From Dendrobates tinctorius (taxonomy: Eukaryota), in the NCBI RefSeq assembly GCF_039654945.1, contig NW_027361703.1:28086001-28150000 (forward strand): 64,000 nt of DNA, read 5' to 3'. A program made the translations under genes and the position numbers. The notes under the pieces are model-generated. The model was not told the DNA's origin, did not search any database, and worked only from the letters and a program-made list of their open reading frames with translations. Positions within the stretch are counted from its first letter, which is position 1. Every line of letters begins with the position of its first letter. Positions 13,730 through 26,668 of the stretch are shown one piece after another.

Positions 13730-13970
13730 ACTCAGCGTGAGATGCTTGACAGATGATGTATTCTGATTTGTCCATGTCCACTTTTTGAAAGCGAGCTGAA
13801 AATAAGGATGAATATGTGGGAAGACGTGTGATTTTGGTCAGTAAGGAGCTGATGTCAGGTACAGATAGGTAGATCTGCATGTCATCGGCGTAGTGATGAT
13901 ATTGCAAACTGTGTCATTACATCAGCTGGCCTATGCCGAAGGTGTAAATGGAGAAGAGTAGGGGTCCTAG
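13730..13970 (-). mobile_element. L2-type LINE RT fragment
   Basis: QYHHYADDMQIYLS...FSARFQKVDMDKSEYII. Confidence 0.8.
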
Positions 13971-14719
13971 AAGTGAGACTTGTGGAACAACAAAAGACAG
14001 GTGTTGAGGTGGTGTGGTAGAGGGAGACAATGAATGTCCCCCTACCAGTCTTCTTGTTTTTTAAAGACTCTGTTGATAACCCCAAAAAGGACATTTGCAC
14101 AACCGGCCATGGTTGCATCTGCAGGGGTAGTAAAACTACAAGCCTTACCACCACCAGCATGATCAGGCACATGGCAGCAAAGCAACAGACTTTGTTGGTT
14201 GAACACCAGGCTCCATGAACAGTGTCTACGGGTGATACCACTGCTTCTTCAGCTGTTGTGTGTGCAAGCCAATCCCCTGTCCATTGTGCATGTGAATATG
14301 CCTCCTGCCCTGCACCTTCATCAAGCACGTCCTTGTCCCAGCGCAGCCATCAGTTGTCCATAAACTAGTCATTGGACCATGAGTGGAAAGACGCAGCCAA
14401 TGCCCCACAGGCCACAGTACTAAATTCACAAATTTCTCATCTGCTTGCGCTCGAAATGTGCTTTCCAGGCTCGTGGGAAATGGACGCTTTCAGCAACCTG
14501 ATGGTGGTGACCATAACAAGGTACTCAGTCCCCACCCGGCACTATTTCTCCCGGTCTGCAGTCACAACATTAGACAAGCAAGCATGTGTCCCACAACATT
14601 ACCCGGGCCATCAACAATGCTGGTACAGAGAAAGTGCACCTAAGCACAGACACGTGAACAAGTGTTTGTGGGCAAGGAAGGTACATCTTGCTGACGGCAC
14701 ACTGCGTTTGCGTAGAAAA

Positions 14720-15130
14720 AGTCATGACCCAGTCAGACATTGGGAGTCCATGTCACAGATGTATGGAGGAGACAGGTTGGGGAAGGCTTTGTATGTCATA
14801 TTTAGGGTTTTGAACTGTAGCCTATGGGCAATATGAAGGCAGTGAAGAGCATGGCAGAGAGGAGAGGCTGTGGAATAACGGAGGGACAGTTGGATTACTC
14901 TGGCTGCAGTGTTTTGGATAGATTTGCGTGGTGCAATAGTGCTAGAGGGCAGGCTACAGACTATAAGGTTGCAATACTCAAGGTGAGAGATCATGAGGGC
15001 GTGCACAATCATTTTTTACCTTTCTTGTAATGTACAGATCCAGGAAATTTTTGAGTTGTAATGGACAAGAGGAGGCAGGGGCTTTGATATGTAGCTTGAA
15101 AGAGAGGGCAGAGTTGAGGATCTCCCCAAG
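14720..15130 (-). mobile_element. L2-type LINE ORF2 3' fragment
   Basis: IVHALMISHLEYCN...IQNTAARVI...LHCLHIAHRLQFKTL. Confidence 0.8.
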
Positions 15131-16578
15131 GCCACGAACATGCGGGAATATTTGTCCCCGTGTGCCGTCCCGGAATTACACAGGCATGTGTCCCACAACA
15201 TTACCTGTGCCCTCCACAATGCTGTTACTTGGAAAGTCCACCTAACCACAAACACGTGGACAAGTACTTGTGGTCAGGGATGGTACATCTCTCTGAGGGT
15301 ACACTGGGTTAACATAGTGGAAGCCGGGACCTACTCCGACCTTGGTATGGTGCCCATCCTCCCAAGCACAGAGTATTGCATGCCCTACGTCAATCTGGGT
15401 TGCCCCCACAGTGTACAGCCCCTGCACCTCTTCCTCCTTCACATCCTCTTCAGCCTCCAGCTATGAAAGTAGCACATCAGTCACAAGCTGGAAGCACTGC
15501 AGCACTGCCTCAAAGCAGGAACAGGCTGTGCTGAAGCTAATATGCTTACGTGACAAACCCCACAATGCTGAAGAGTTGTAGACAGCTCTGAAAGAGCAGG
15601 CAGATCGGTGGCTGAGTCCGCTGAATCCACAGCCAAGCATGGTTGTGTGTGGCAATGGCTGGAACCTGGTGGCTGCTCTGTGGCGAGGGAAGCTCACACA
15701 CGTGCCATGCCTGGCTCATGCGCTTAACCTAATTGGTCAATGTTTTTTGAAAGGCGACATGGAGCTGGCAGATCTGCTAGGAAAAGTACAATGCTCTGCA
15801 TACCCATTTTAGAAAGTATGCTACAGCCTCATCCGCCCTTGCCGTGATTCAGCAGCGCTTGCAGCTTCTGGCTCACCAACTGGTGTGTGATGCCCCCAGG
15901 CCTTGGAACTCTGCACTGCAGATGTTTGAGAGGATTTGTGATCACAAGAGGGCAGTTGGTGACTAGTATACCAGCATCAACAAGGTTGTCGATATTCAGT
16001 TCTGATTCCACACATAACATCTCAGGAGTGGACATGGATGTCTAACAAATGTAACATCCTCCAGAACTTTGAGGAATCCACCAAGAGGGTGAGCATCAAT
16101 GACACCATAGTTAACGTCTCCATCCTGCTTATCTGTGTTCTAATTTGAAGATTGATAGTTATTATAGAGCGAAAACATATTTACAGTTTAACAGTTTCAA
16201 AAACAACAGTCCTAAGTAACAACGATAACAATAATATAATAATTAAACCAAAATAAAACGACCTTGCTGGTGACAGCTTACAATTTACACTAACTCACAA
16301 TGATAACAATAATTAAACCCAAACAAAACAATCCTGCTCGTGAGAACTTACAATCTACAATGAGGTGGGGAAGATTAAAAATACAGGGGTGTATTTACAA
16401 GAAGGTATTTACAATGATGTTTATACAATGATATTACTGAGGTTAGTTGAAAGTCGTGGAGGCCTGAGGAAAAGGAGGAGGAGAGCATGGTCAGTCGTCC
16501 TCTTGGTGAGAACATGCAAAACACAAGCCGCGGAGACACCATCACATGTTTCTCAACACAAGCAAGCCAGTTTCCTAC

Positions 16579-16622
16579 TTCACACTGATGAGGGGCAATA
16601 CTCTGAAACAGCTGTCTGTGGA
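16579..16622 (+). ncRNA. Minimal type I hammerhead ribozyme
   Basis: ttcaca-CTGATGA-ggggcaatactct-GAAA-cagctg-TC-tgtgga; intact core boxes, palindromic stem III, GUC cleavage triplet. Confidence 0.85.
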
Positions 16623-16931
16623 TGGATACCATGTTTTGGCATAGATGGTTTCCTTCATTGGAGACTGCCCTTCCCGTGGTTGTTCCTTCCCGGGGAAAGA
16701 CCTGGCAAGTCATTGCTTGCGTTGAGAAACATGGGATGGTGTCTCCGCGGCTTGTGTTTTGCATTTTTTTGCATATTTCCCATAAGGGATGGGGGCATTG
16801 TTCTAGAATCACTGCATTGAGAAACATGTGATGGTGTCTCCGCAGTGTTGGATGTTGATCTCCATGAGTTCATTCATCCTCATTTTTCACAGTCTTTTAC
16901 TAGGCATTGCTCCTACTAGCCAGTTTCCTAC

Positions 16932-16975
16932 TCCACACTGATGAGGGGCAATACCCAAAAACAGCTGTCTGTGGA
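16932..16975 (+). ncRNA. Hammerhead ribozyme, second copy (GAAA mutated to AAAA, probably inactive)
   Basis: tccaca-CTGATGA-ggggcaataccca-AAAA-cagctg-TC-tgtgga; perfect 6-bp stem I. Confidence 0.75.
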
Positions 16976-17659
16976 TGGATACCATGTTTTGGCATAGGTG
17001 GTTTCCTTCATTGGAGACTGCCCTTCCCGTGGTTGTTCCTTCCCGGGGAAAGACTTGGCTAGTCATTGCTTGCGTTGAGAAACATGTGATGGTGTCTCCA
17101 CAGCTTGTGTTTTGCATGTTTTTGCATATTTCCCATAAGGGATGGGGGCATTGCTCTAGAATCACTGCGTTTAGAAACATGTGATGGTGTCTCCGCAGTG
17201 TTGGATGTTGATCTCCATGAGTTCATTCATCCTCATTTTTCACAGTCCTCTTGGTGAGGACACAGAAGTATTGACTGTTAGCAGTCTTGCATGCATAGCT
17301 GAGTTTATGTTACGCTGCCTTTCCCGTCACCCTCGCGTTATCAAAATTTTGGGTGACGGGCAATACTGATTGGTGACACTTCTAGACCCACGCTTCAAGG
17401 AGAACTTTACATCTCTTATTCCAGAGGCAGACAGGTGTACTAAAATGTTGGAGGACTAGAGGGCCCTTCTTGAGGAATTATTAAAAAAATTCACATCTGA
17501 AAACGCTGGCAGCAGAGGTCACAGAATGTTGGCCAAGCAAGGAGTACTGGTGAGAGAGACACAACTCCAAGCCAGCAAAGGCAGTGGAACACTGGCAAAG
17601 TTTGGGGAGAGTTTTCTCAGACCCTCCCATCGCCAGAGTTCAGACAGGGTAACAGTATG

Positions 17660-18229
17660 AGACAAGGTACAGGGCCAAGGACACAGGGACCAGAGTATAC
17701 ACAGATATAAAACAAGGCTAGGAGCAACAGCACAGGGACCAGGAAATACTGCCTCCTGGAGGGCGGCAGGACGGGTGCAAGACAAAGCTAGGACAGAGAC
17801 ACAGAGACCAGGAAATACAGCCTCCTGGAGGGCAGACAGAGAAGTACTAGGCAAGGTACAGAGACACAGAGATTAGCAATAAAGCCTCCAGAGAAGGTGA
17901 GACATAGGACAGGGCCTGGCTTACTCAGCAGCAAGAAACTGAGTTAACACATTGCACAGACAGAGTCCATTGGGAGCAGCTGCCCTAAATACTAGAGGGC
18001 TCTTGGTAATTGGCTCGGGACACATCAGGCAGGTGCACACTGATTCCATAAGAACCAGAGAGTTCTGGCACCGCCCCCTATACACACAGACAGGAAACAT
18101 GCAGAGAACAGACAGGAGACAAAGCATGGAGCTGGCAGCAGGCATAAATCACAGCACAGCCTGGAGCAGTGAGAAAGTTGGTGAGTGGGGAATGGGAGGC
18201 CATGCAGTGATGTCAGCAGGGTTGTTACA
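17660..18229 (-). mobile_element. Truncated LTR-like fragment
   Basis: Ends gttgttaca (TGTAAC on the minus strand); internal direct repeats; replaces the hAT transposase C-terminus. Confidence 0.55.
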
Positions 18230-19240
18230 TATATAACTTGAGTAACAGACAGAAAAACACTGGAATACAGGCCTAAAACCCACAAATTTTAATCACATGG
18301 ATGTATGAGGCGTGTCACAGATATACCTCACTGTAAAATATGTGCCCTGTTTTTTAAAATAATGCAACATGCAACATAGTGCTGTATATAACTTGAGTAA
18401 CAGACAGGAAAACACTGGACTACCGGCCTAAAATCCCCAAATTTTTATCACATGGACGTATGAGGTGTGTCACAGATATACCACACTGTAAAATATGTCT
18501 TTTTTTAGATGCAAAAGAGTGCTGGATATAGCGAGAGTGACAGACTGCAAAAAAAAAAGGGAATTTAGGCCTAAAATGCCACAATTTTTGGCACACGGAT
18601 GTATGAGGCGTGTCACAGATATTCCCCACTGAAAAATATGTGCCCTCTTTTTTTTAAAATAATGCAACATAGTGCTGTATATAAGTCCAGTGACACCCAG
18701 GACAAAAAAAAATGAAAACTGGCCTAAACTGCCCAAACTTTGAGCACGCACAGCTATGAGCTGGCATGGAGATACCACACTGAAAAATGTGTGGCCTGTT
18801 TTTTTACATTTTTTGCTAAATAGTGCTGTATATAAGTCAAGTGACACCCAGGACAAAAAAGGAAAACCGGCCTAAACTGGCCAAACTTTGAGCACACACA
18901 AATATAAGCTGACACGGAAATACCACTACGTTAAATGTGTGGCCTGTATTTTTTTATTTTTGGCTAAATAGTGCTGTATATAAGTCCAGTGACGCCCTGG
19001 ATAAAAAAGGAAAACCGGCCTAAACTGGCCAAACTTTGAGCACGCACAGATATCAGCTGGTATGGAGATACCACTACAATAAATGTGTGGCCTTTTTTTG
19101 GGGGGGGCAAAATAGTGCTGTATATAAGTACACTGACAGACAGCAAAGAAAATTGAATTTGGGCTAAAAAGACCCAAATTTTTAGCAGATGGATGGATAA
19201 TGCACGTCACAGATATACCACACTGTAAAATATGTGGCAT
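18230..19240 (+). repeat. Degenerate 120-170-bp tandem repeats in the right subterminal region of the hAT element
   Basis: Recurrent atagtgctgtatataag and cacagatataccacactgtaaaatatgtg. Confidence 0.8.
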
Positions 19241-21394
19241 GTATGTATTTATTTTGGGGCTCAGTAAAATAGTGTCAAGAAATTGTGTAAGACACTCAAA
19301 AAAAAAAAACAATCTACTCAACCATACCACATAAAAATTAAATATTTCTCTGCACACTCAAATGGGATGTTTGGGACCCCTTTAAAATTGCTGGATTTTC
19401 GCGCTGTGCTAGGAAAAGGATCTGACTGTATTGTGCACTGTCAAAAAGCAAATGGAGGAAAAAATGGGGCTTTGATTTGCAATAAAAAAAGCTCTATTAA
19501 CCCTGGCCAAGACATTTTTCAAAGCCAATTACACCTGGGGCTAGGTATATACAGCCAATATATCCTACAGGTAGCAGCAGCAGCACCAGAACACAGGAAG
19601 GGAATGGACCCTCTTTATGTATGCAATGATATGTATATACACAAATACAGTGTCTGCAGGCCTTGCTCTGATGTGTAGAGAGCGACATACACTACCCTTC
19701 CTACCTAACACTGGAAACTATATACTCCAGAATTAGTCCTTAGAAGGACTGTTGGTTTAGATGGATTTGCGTAGTTTATGATGGTAGACCCCACACTAAC
19801 TAATAATCTGAATGCAGGCGACGTCCGGTCTCTTATACCCCTGATGATGCTGTGTGGCCAGCCAATCACTGCACGTCCACAACAAAGATGGCTGCAGCGT
19901 TTCATTGCCTGGCAGACAACCCTTGCATTGTGATTGGGTCTGTAAAGTCCACCAAAAGCTGGGTGGAGACCCGAGTTCCCGCTGAGTAATCCCAGAAATG
20001 CTCGGTGCTCGCCGAGTACACCGAGTACCGTGATACTCGGGTGAGTAACGAGTAGTGGCGAGCACGGTCGCTCATTACTAATCATTACCATAAAAAGACT
20101 AAAGGCTAATAACAAAATACATTTCAGGAAATCCAATAATAGCAGTATTTTAAAGTGCTATGTGCTATACAATAAATACACAGTTGGTCAATCAAGACAA
20201 CCTTGAACCAGTATAATCAAAAAGAATTAATTATTCTAAATATATATTCATATGATAGTTTATCTATATTGGAACTCTAATAGTAGCAGGGCGAAACTTG
20301 CGTGTCGGGGCAGAGGGACGGTACTCAGCTACAGTATCTGCATGCTACTAGGATCCAGGTAAAGGAGCTTCGTGCTCCCTGTTTTAGGAATCTATTGAGA
20401 TTACGATACATGCGGTTCTACTTATATATCTTTGGGAATAGTTCTGTGACATCCCCTTGCTTAAAAACCTTTATAGTTGTACACCTATCAGGAGATACAT
20501 ATAACCCTTGTATTGATTGCCGTTTGCAAAGGTTGAGATGCAGATGTGTTTATTTAACTACACCATTGTGGCAAGAGATGATGCACAACATATTGATGTA
20601 TCTCAACCATTGCAATTGGTTACATTACTATTAAAGAGACAGTGCCAAATTTCACCATAATGTGTAGTTCCAATATTTGTATTATATGTATTTTGTTATT
20701 GGCCTTTAGTCTCTTAATTGTAATGAGCTTTTCCATTAAGCATATTATACTGTAATTTTGGACACAAATTTGTTTTACCATGTAGCAACTATTCATTTTT
20801 GAGTCCCATGTTCCTCATTTTCTTTCTTGCACTTTTCTTGAATTTCAATCATGTATTTTACTATATTATTAATAAAATGAAATTATTTTTAAATTATTTT
20901 GTTCTCTCAGCCACTCCCTTTTCCTAAGGTCATAGTCACACCTGGTGTTTTGTAAAATAACTCTGTAAGATTTAGCAAAATGGCTAGTTGGAGAATATGG
21001 ACATCTGTAAAATTTGAGTAGAATTCAATTCTGCTCTAATAAATTTGATCATCTCTAACAATTGCATATTTTATTTGTTTTAAAAATGATAATGATGCAT
21101 AATTGTTCATGAGGGACACATGTTTATATTATTTTATTATATATAGTATTATGGTTATTATTTCTAGTATGCTCAGCTTAATTTGCTTTCCATAAGTGTC
21201 ACTTAGAATGTTTCAAAATAAAGTACTTTTCCATGTTACAAGCAATCTCTTAGATTTATATTGGAAACTTTTAGTCCATACACCAATTAGAACATAGGGT
21301 ATATAAACTAGTGGACAAATTTATTTTGGGTTTTTCCCTTGTGTCTAATTGCTATTAAATTCAGTCGGCAGTAATTAATATAATGAGATACTTG

Positions 21395-22098
21395 AAATTC
21401 AGCCCAGAACTACACAGGAGGACCTGGTCAATGACCTGAAGAGAGCTTGCACTACAGTCTCAAACATTAACATTAGTTACACACTATGCCATCATGAATT
21501 AAAATCCTACAGGGCATGCTAGGTCCCCCTGCTCACGTCAGCGCATATCTAGGCCCTTTTGAAGTTCACCAATGACCATCTGGATTATCTGGATGATCCA
21601 GAGGAGGTATGGGAGAAAATCATGTGGTAAGATGAGACCAAGACAGAACTTTTTGGAATCAACTCTACTGGCCAGTGTTTGGATGAAGCAGATGGATGAT
21701 TACAATCCCAAAAACACCATCCCAACTGAGAAACATGGTGGGGGAAACATCGTACTTTGAAGGTGCTTTTCTGCAAAGGGGACAGGTCAACAGACCCGTT
21801 TTGAAGGGAGGATGGATGGGGTCATGGCCAATAACCTCCTTCCTTCAGTAAAAGCATTGAAGATGGGTCCTGTCTGTGTCTTCCAGTATGACAATGATCG
21901 AAGCACACAGCCAGGTCCACTAAGAAATGGCTCAGTAAGAAGCATTTCAAAGTCATGGAGTGGCTTAGCCAGTCTCCTGATCTGAGCCCAATAGAAAATC
22001 TTTGGAGGGAGCTGAAACTCAATGTTGCCCAGCGACATCTCCAAAATCTGAAAGATTTGGAGAAGATCTATATGGAGGAGTGGGCCAAAATCCCTGCA
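21395..22098 (+). mobile_element. Tc1 transposase fragment
   Basis: PTEKHGGGNI; FQYDND; [20 protein letters not shown]...EEWAKIP. Confidence 0.9.
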
Positions 22099-22580
22099 TC
22101 TGGAATCCATCCTAAAGGGAACTGCAAACCCACCTCAAAAAATGACCATAATGCACAGCAATATCAAAACATTGCAGTGCACAGGCTCTGCCTTATGACA
22201 CGTCTTTTAACTCCTTCAGAGTTCAGAGTTCCTGAAGTGGTTAAAAGAAGAGACCTGTCCATCCTTCGGGCCCACACTCCATAGGAGTACAGAGCAAAAG
22301 ACGCCAGCAGCGGAGCCACCACAAGAACAATGGCAGCACAGTAAAGGTGCTTCAAAAAACATCTGTCAGGGTTTTTCTGATATGGCTTTGCTTGGGAAAA
22401 CTTGGCATAAGTGCTGGCATCTACAAGATGCCGTGTGCACACACCAAAAGGTTTTTTATTATACATCCTTCATAGATAAATTCCTTGTTTCTGAAAGCAT
22501 GGCTACACTGAGCAGCTACTGCTAGTTTGCAAAATTATTACTGATCTACATTGATTGAGCTTATGTAGCAGTAATACTCT

Positions 22581-23388
22581 TGTAACACCTCGGCCGGCAG
22601 GTCCCGTCTCCAAAGTGTTGGGAAATCGGGTCCCGCTGGTTCGTGGACATCCCCAGGGTCCCTGCAAAACTTCTCACCTTGTCCATGTTCCCGCGGCACT
22701 CCTTCCAGCTGCCCGATGAGTCTTCTCTGCTTCCCTGCTTCCTGGTTGCAGGGGAGTGAGCATAGGATGCGTTCAAGCTGCTGTCTGAGCATTTAAAGGG
22801 CCAGCGCACCCTTTTTTCCTGAAGTGTCCTCCCAGCCAATCGCTGTGAGATCTGTGAGTATTTAAGGTCCTCACTTCCTTCGGGAAGTGCCTGGGCAATT
22901 TTGTGTCTTGTTTTTCCAAATTGCCATCCCCAGAACCCAAACTTGTGCTTGCTTGTGCTGTTTGTGTAGTTCCATTCATTTACACTCTATTTTTCTCCTA
23001 GCACTGTGTCTTGTCCATCCGCCCTTTCTCTCAAATTCTGGCAGTATCCTCCGGTCCTCCTGTTACCTTTCCTCCAGTTTCCTGGATCTCTCATTCCCTC
23101 TCCATCCTTCTCGGGTCTGACCCTCCGCTCTTGGAACCATTGCACTCGAGCTTCCTTGGCTGTCTTGGGACAATCCCTGTATAGGGGTTCGATCACCAGC
23201 GCTCCCTCGGAGGTACTTGGTGTCTTGGTCTGGGGCTTCTCCCTGTGGATTCTCCTTGTTGTTATTACTAATAAAGCCCTGCATTCACCTTACGTCTTTG
23301 TCCAGCTGGTTCCTAGGGTTCAGCTTCCACAGAGTCCTCTGTGGTTTAGTGGGTCCACTAACTTCCTTCCCCCTGCCCCGGCATGACA
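22581..23388 (+). mobile_element. Solo LTR
   Basis: TGTAAC...ATGACA termini; exact 5-bp TSD actct; AATAAA near 23270. Confidence 0.9.
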
Positions 23389-24209
23389 ACTCTTTTGGGA
23401 AAAAGATACTCATCTCTCAAATTAAAATTTTCAAACCGAATACCATCTTTTTTTAAATAATTTTGAAAATATTAGCTTCCACTTTTATGTCAAAATTACC
23501 TTACCCTGCTTGAAAAAACACTCAAAGACCTCGCTGCATATAACAAAAAAACGATTTTGTGGTTCGGGCGCATAATTGCGTTTAAAATGGATATTCTCTC
23601 CAGATTTCTATACATTTTTCAATAAGTTCATATTTTACCACCAGCAAACTTGTTCAAAACACTTAAATCCACTCTAATTATATTCGTATAGAAACAAAAT
23701 ACACATAGAATAAAGTATCAGATTCTTACCCGCTGCAAATCGTCAGGGGGACCCGGCCTACCAGACCTTCGCACATACCATCAGGCTTCCTTGATAGTTC
23801 GATTATTCGATTGGCAATATTGTTCAAAATCAAAACAGTGGGTAAAGCTTGAACAGGGGTACTCCTCTACACCTTTGAAGCACCTCCCATGGATTGAGTT
23901 CAAAGATAAAATACAGATTGCACCTCAGGGGCTCCTGATAAGAGATGTACTAAAGGTCCTTTACCAAATAAAACAAAAAAACACATAAGTCAGACCCTAC
24001 AGTCCGCTCACCCCCATATTCTCCAACCCAAAGTTCCTGCCAGGGACTCTGAAAACAAAAATCCTTCTCTGGAGCGCACGCTCGGACATCCGTCTATGTC
24101 ACATATTGACAGGATCCAACATCCCCTCCTTAGAGGAATTACAAAACATAGATCCACCACAAACCTCTCTTGGTTCGAATATGACCAGATGAGATCTTTT
24201 ATAAACTTA

Positions 24210-24995
24210 CTAGCTGAAGAGCCCGGCGCTGCCTGGGCTTAGTAACTAACTGTGGTTAGTTATAGCAAATTATAATTATCCTCCATCCCATAGTCCCGTG
24301 CCCATATACCCATCATACATATCCACGATCCCATAGGCCTGTGCCCATATACCTATCATACATATCCTCCATCCCATAGTCGAGTGCCCATATACCCATC
24401 ACACATCCTCCATCCCATAGTCCCATGCCCATATACCCATCATACATATTCGCCATCCCATAGTTGAGTGCCCATATACCCATCACACATCCTTCATCTC
24501 ATAGTCCCATGCCCATATACCCATCATACATATCCTCCATCCCATAGTCCCGTGCCCATATACCCATCATACATATCTGCCATCCCATAGTCCCGTGCCC
24601 ATATACCCGTCATACATATCCTCCATCCCATAGTCCAGTGCCCATATACCCATCACACATCCTCCATCCCATAGTCAACCATTATGATATCATAATGAGC
24701 GGCGGGGCTTGCAACCTATGATGACATCAGCGTCGCCATGGCAACCATTATGACATCATAATGAGGGGCGGGGCATGATACACACACACTTTTTTCCCAT
24801 TATGTAGATAGGGGCAAAATTGTTTGGTGAATTGGAACGCGCGGGGTTAAAATTTCACCTCACAGCATAGCCTATGACACTCTTGGGGTCCAGAAGTGTG
24901 ACTGTGCCAAATTTTGTGTCTGTAGCTGCGACGGTGCGGATGCCAATCCCGGACATACATACATACATACACACACTTGAGCTTTATATATTAGA
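24210..24995 (-). mobile_element. Non-autonomous Helitron with internal 41-43-bp minisatellite
   Basis: 5' TCTAATATATAAAGCT; 3' GC hairpin plus CTAG; inserted between A and T; no TSD. Confidence 0.85.
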
Positions 24996-25422
24996 TGGAG
25001 GAGGGAATGATGGCACTCTCTACCTGTCACATTGACTCCCTTTGAAGGGTTGTTTCTCAGAGAATCGCCTTTGTCTCACCTGATCTTTCTCATATATAGT
25101 TTTCCAAACCAATCATCCTCCTCTACGGACCCTAACTTTATCCAAGCATGGAAAACGAATTACACATCACTCTCTCAGAAGAAGACAAACAAAAAGCATA
25201 TCTTTTTACCCATAAAATGTCAGGGGCAGGATACGCCCAAGAAAAAAATTACAAGATTCTTTCAAGGTGGTATCACTGCTTGACAAATCTGAATACAATG
25301 TTTCCAACTGTACCTGATACATGCTGGCGCTGTGGAAAAGAGAGTGGGACAATGCTCCATATATGGTGGAACTGCGACAAAATAAAGCCTTTTTGGGAGG
25401 GGGTGTATTCAGCCTACCTTAA

Positions 25423-26668
25423 CCCCTTTCCGATCGCTGACAGGATAGCACGTCAGCGGTCGGAGTCCCCTGCTTTAAGGCGGGCTCTGGCGGTGAGCCC
25501 GCCTCAAAGCCGCGACATGTCAGCTGTTATAAACAGCTGACATGTGCCCGCAATAGGCGTGAGCGGAATCACGATCCGCTCGCGCCTATTAACTAGTTTA
25601 ACTACCGCTTCCGGCCACTGGGCCGGAAGTGAGCGCATCGCTGACCCCCGTCACGTGATCAGGGGTCGGCGATGCATTGATTTGACAGCCAGAGGTCTCA
25701 TAGAGACCTCTATGGTTGTTGCAAGCACATTGCTATGAGCGACGCCCGGTGGTCGGCGCTCATAGCAATGCAGTAAATCTGCTACGTATGGCCGATCTGC
25801 TCATCGCCCATATGCAGCAGAGTCGATCAAGTGTTGCATGCTTCTAGCCTCTCATGGAGGCTATTGAAGCATGCCAAAAGTTAAAAAAAAGTGTTTAAAA
25901 ATAAAAAATAAAAAAAAAATAAAAATTCAAGTCATCCCCCTTTCACCCCAATCAAAATAAATCAATAATAATAAAAAAAAAATCACACATACACATATTT
26001 GGTATTGCCATGTTCAGAATTGCCCGATCTATCAATAAAAAAAGGATTAACCCAAATGCTAAACGGCGTAGCGAGAAAAAAAAATTCAAAACGCCAGAAT
26101 TACATTTCTTTGGTCGCCGCGACAATGCATTAAAATGCAATAACGGGCGATCAAAAGAACATATTTGCACAAAAGTGGTATCATTAAAAACGTCAGCCCG
26201 GCACGCAAAAAATAAGCCCTCACCCGACCCCAGATCACGAAAAATGGAGATGCTACGGGTCTCGGAAAATTGCACTTTTTTCTTATTTGCAAACTTTGGA
26301 ATTGTTTTTCACCACTTAGATAAAAGAGAACATAGACTTGCTTGGTGTCTATGAACTCGTAATGACCTGGAGAATCATAGTAGCAGGTCAGTTTTAGCAT
26401 TTAGTGAACCTAGCAAAAAAGCCAAGCAAAAAACAAGTGTGGGATTGCACTTTTTTTGCAATTTCACCGCACTTGGAATTTTTTTCCCATCTTGGAGTAC
26501 ACGACATGCTAAAACCAATGATGTCGTTCAAAAGTACAACTCATTCTGCAAAAAAACAAGCTTTCACATGGCCATATTGATGGAAAAATCAAAAAAGTTA
26601 TGGCTCTGGAAAGAGGAGGAGTGAAAAACGAAAGCAAAAAATCAAAAAAAGCTACGGTCATTAAGGGA
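25423..26668 (+). mobile_element. piggyBac-type TTAA MITE
   Basis: TTAA|cccctt ... aaggga|TTAA; the host L1 frame rejoins (AYL|KITG). Confidence 0.85.

Larger units (their letters stand above)
16511..17244 (+). mobile_element. Retrozyme-like insertion: about two 353-bp units, each with a hammerhead, preceded by a 55-bp inverted segment
   Basis: 14-bp TSD gtcctcttggtgag (16497-16510, 17245-17258); hammerhead cores at 16585 and 16938; 16511-16565 is the reverse complement of unit sequence. Confidence 0.85.
14030..17655 (+). pseudogene. hAT (ZBED-like) transposase remnant, interrupted and 3' truncated
   Basis: BED-like LTTTSMIRHM; YSVPTRHYFSRSAV; KVHLTTNTWTS..YISLRVHWV; HVPCLAHALNL; LVCDAPRPWNS; LLDPRFK. 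Confidence 0.85.
5840..20080 (+). mobile_element. hAT DNA transposon, 14.2 kb including nested insertions
   Basis: TIRs tagtgatgagcga / tcgctcattacta; 8-bp TSD ctcattac (5832-5839) / atcattac (20081-20088); internal transposase remnants. Confidence 0.9.
5605..20960. mobile_element. Foldback element with ~270-bp inverted arms (about 1.1 kb once the hAT insert is removed), possibly an inverted Penelope pLTR pair
   Basis: 5605-5839 plus 20089-20122 is the reverse complement of ~20688-20960. Confidence 0.75.

Noticed and set aside
16365-17184. 150-aa ORFs over the tandem unit
   Set aside because: They cross insertion junctions and have no recognisable domains; the RNA motif explains the region better.
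20270-20312. Hammerhead in the foldback spacer
   Set aside because: The CUGANGA box is not recognisable; too decayed to call.
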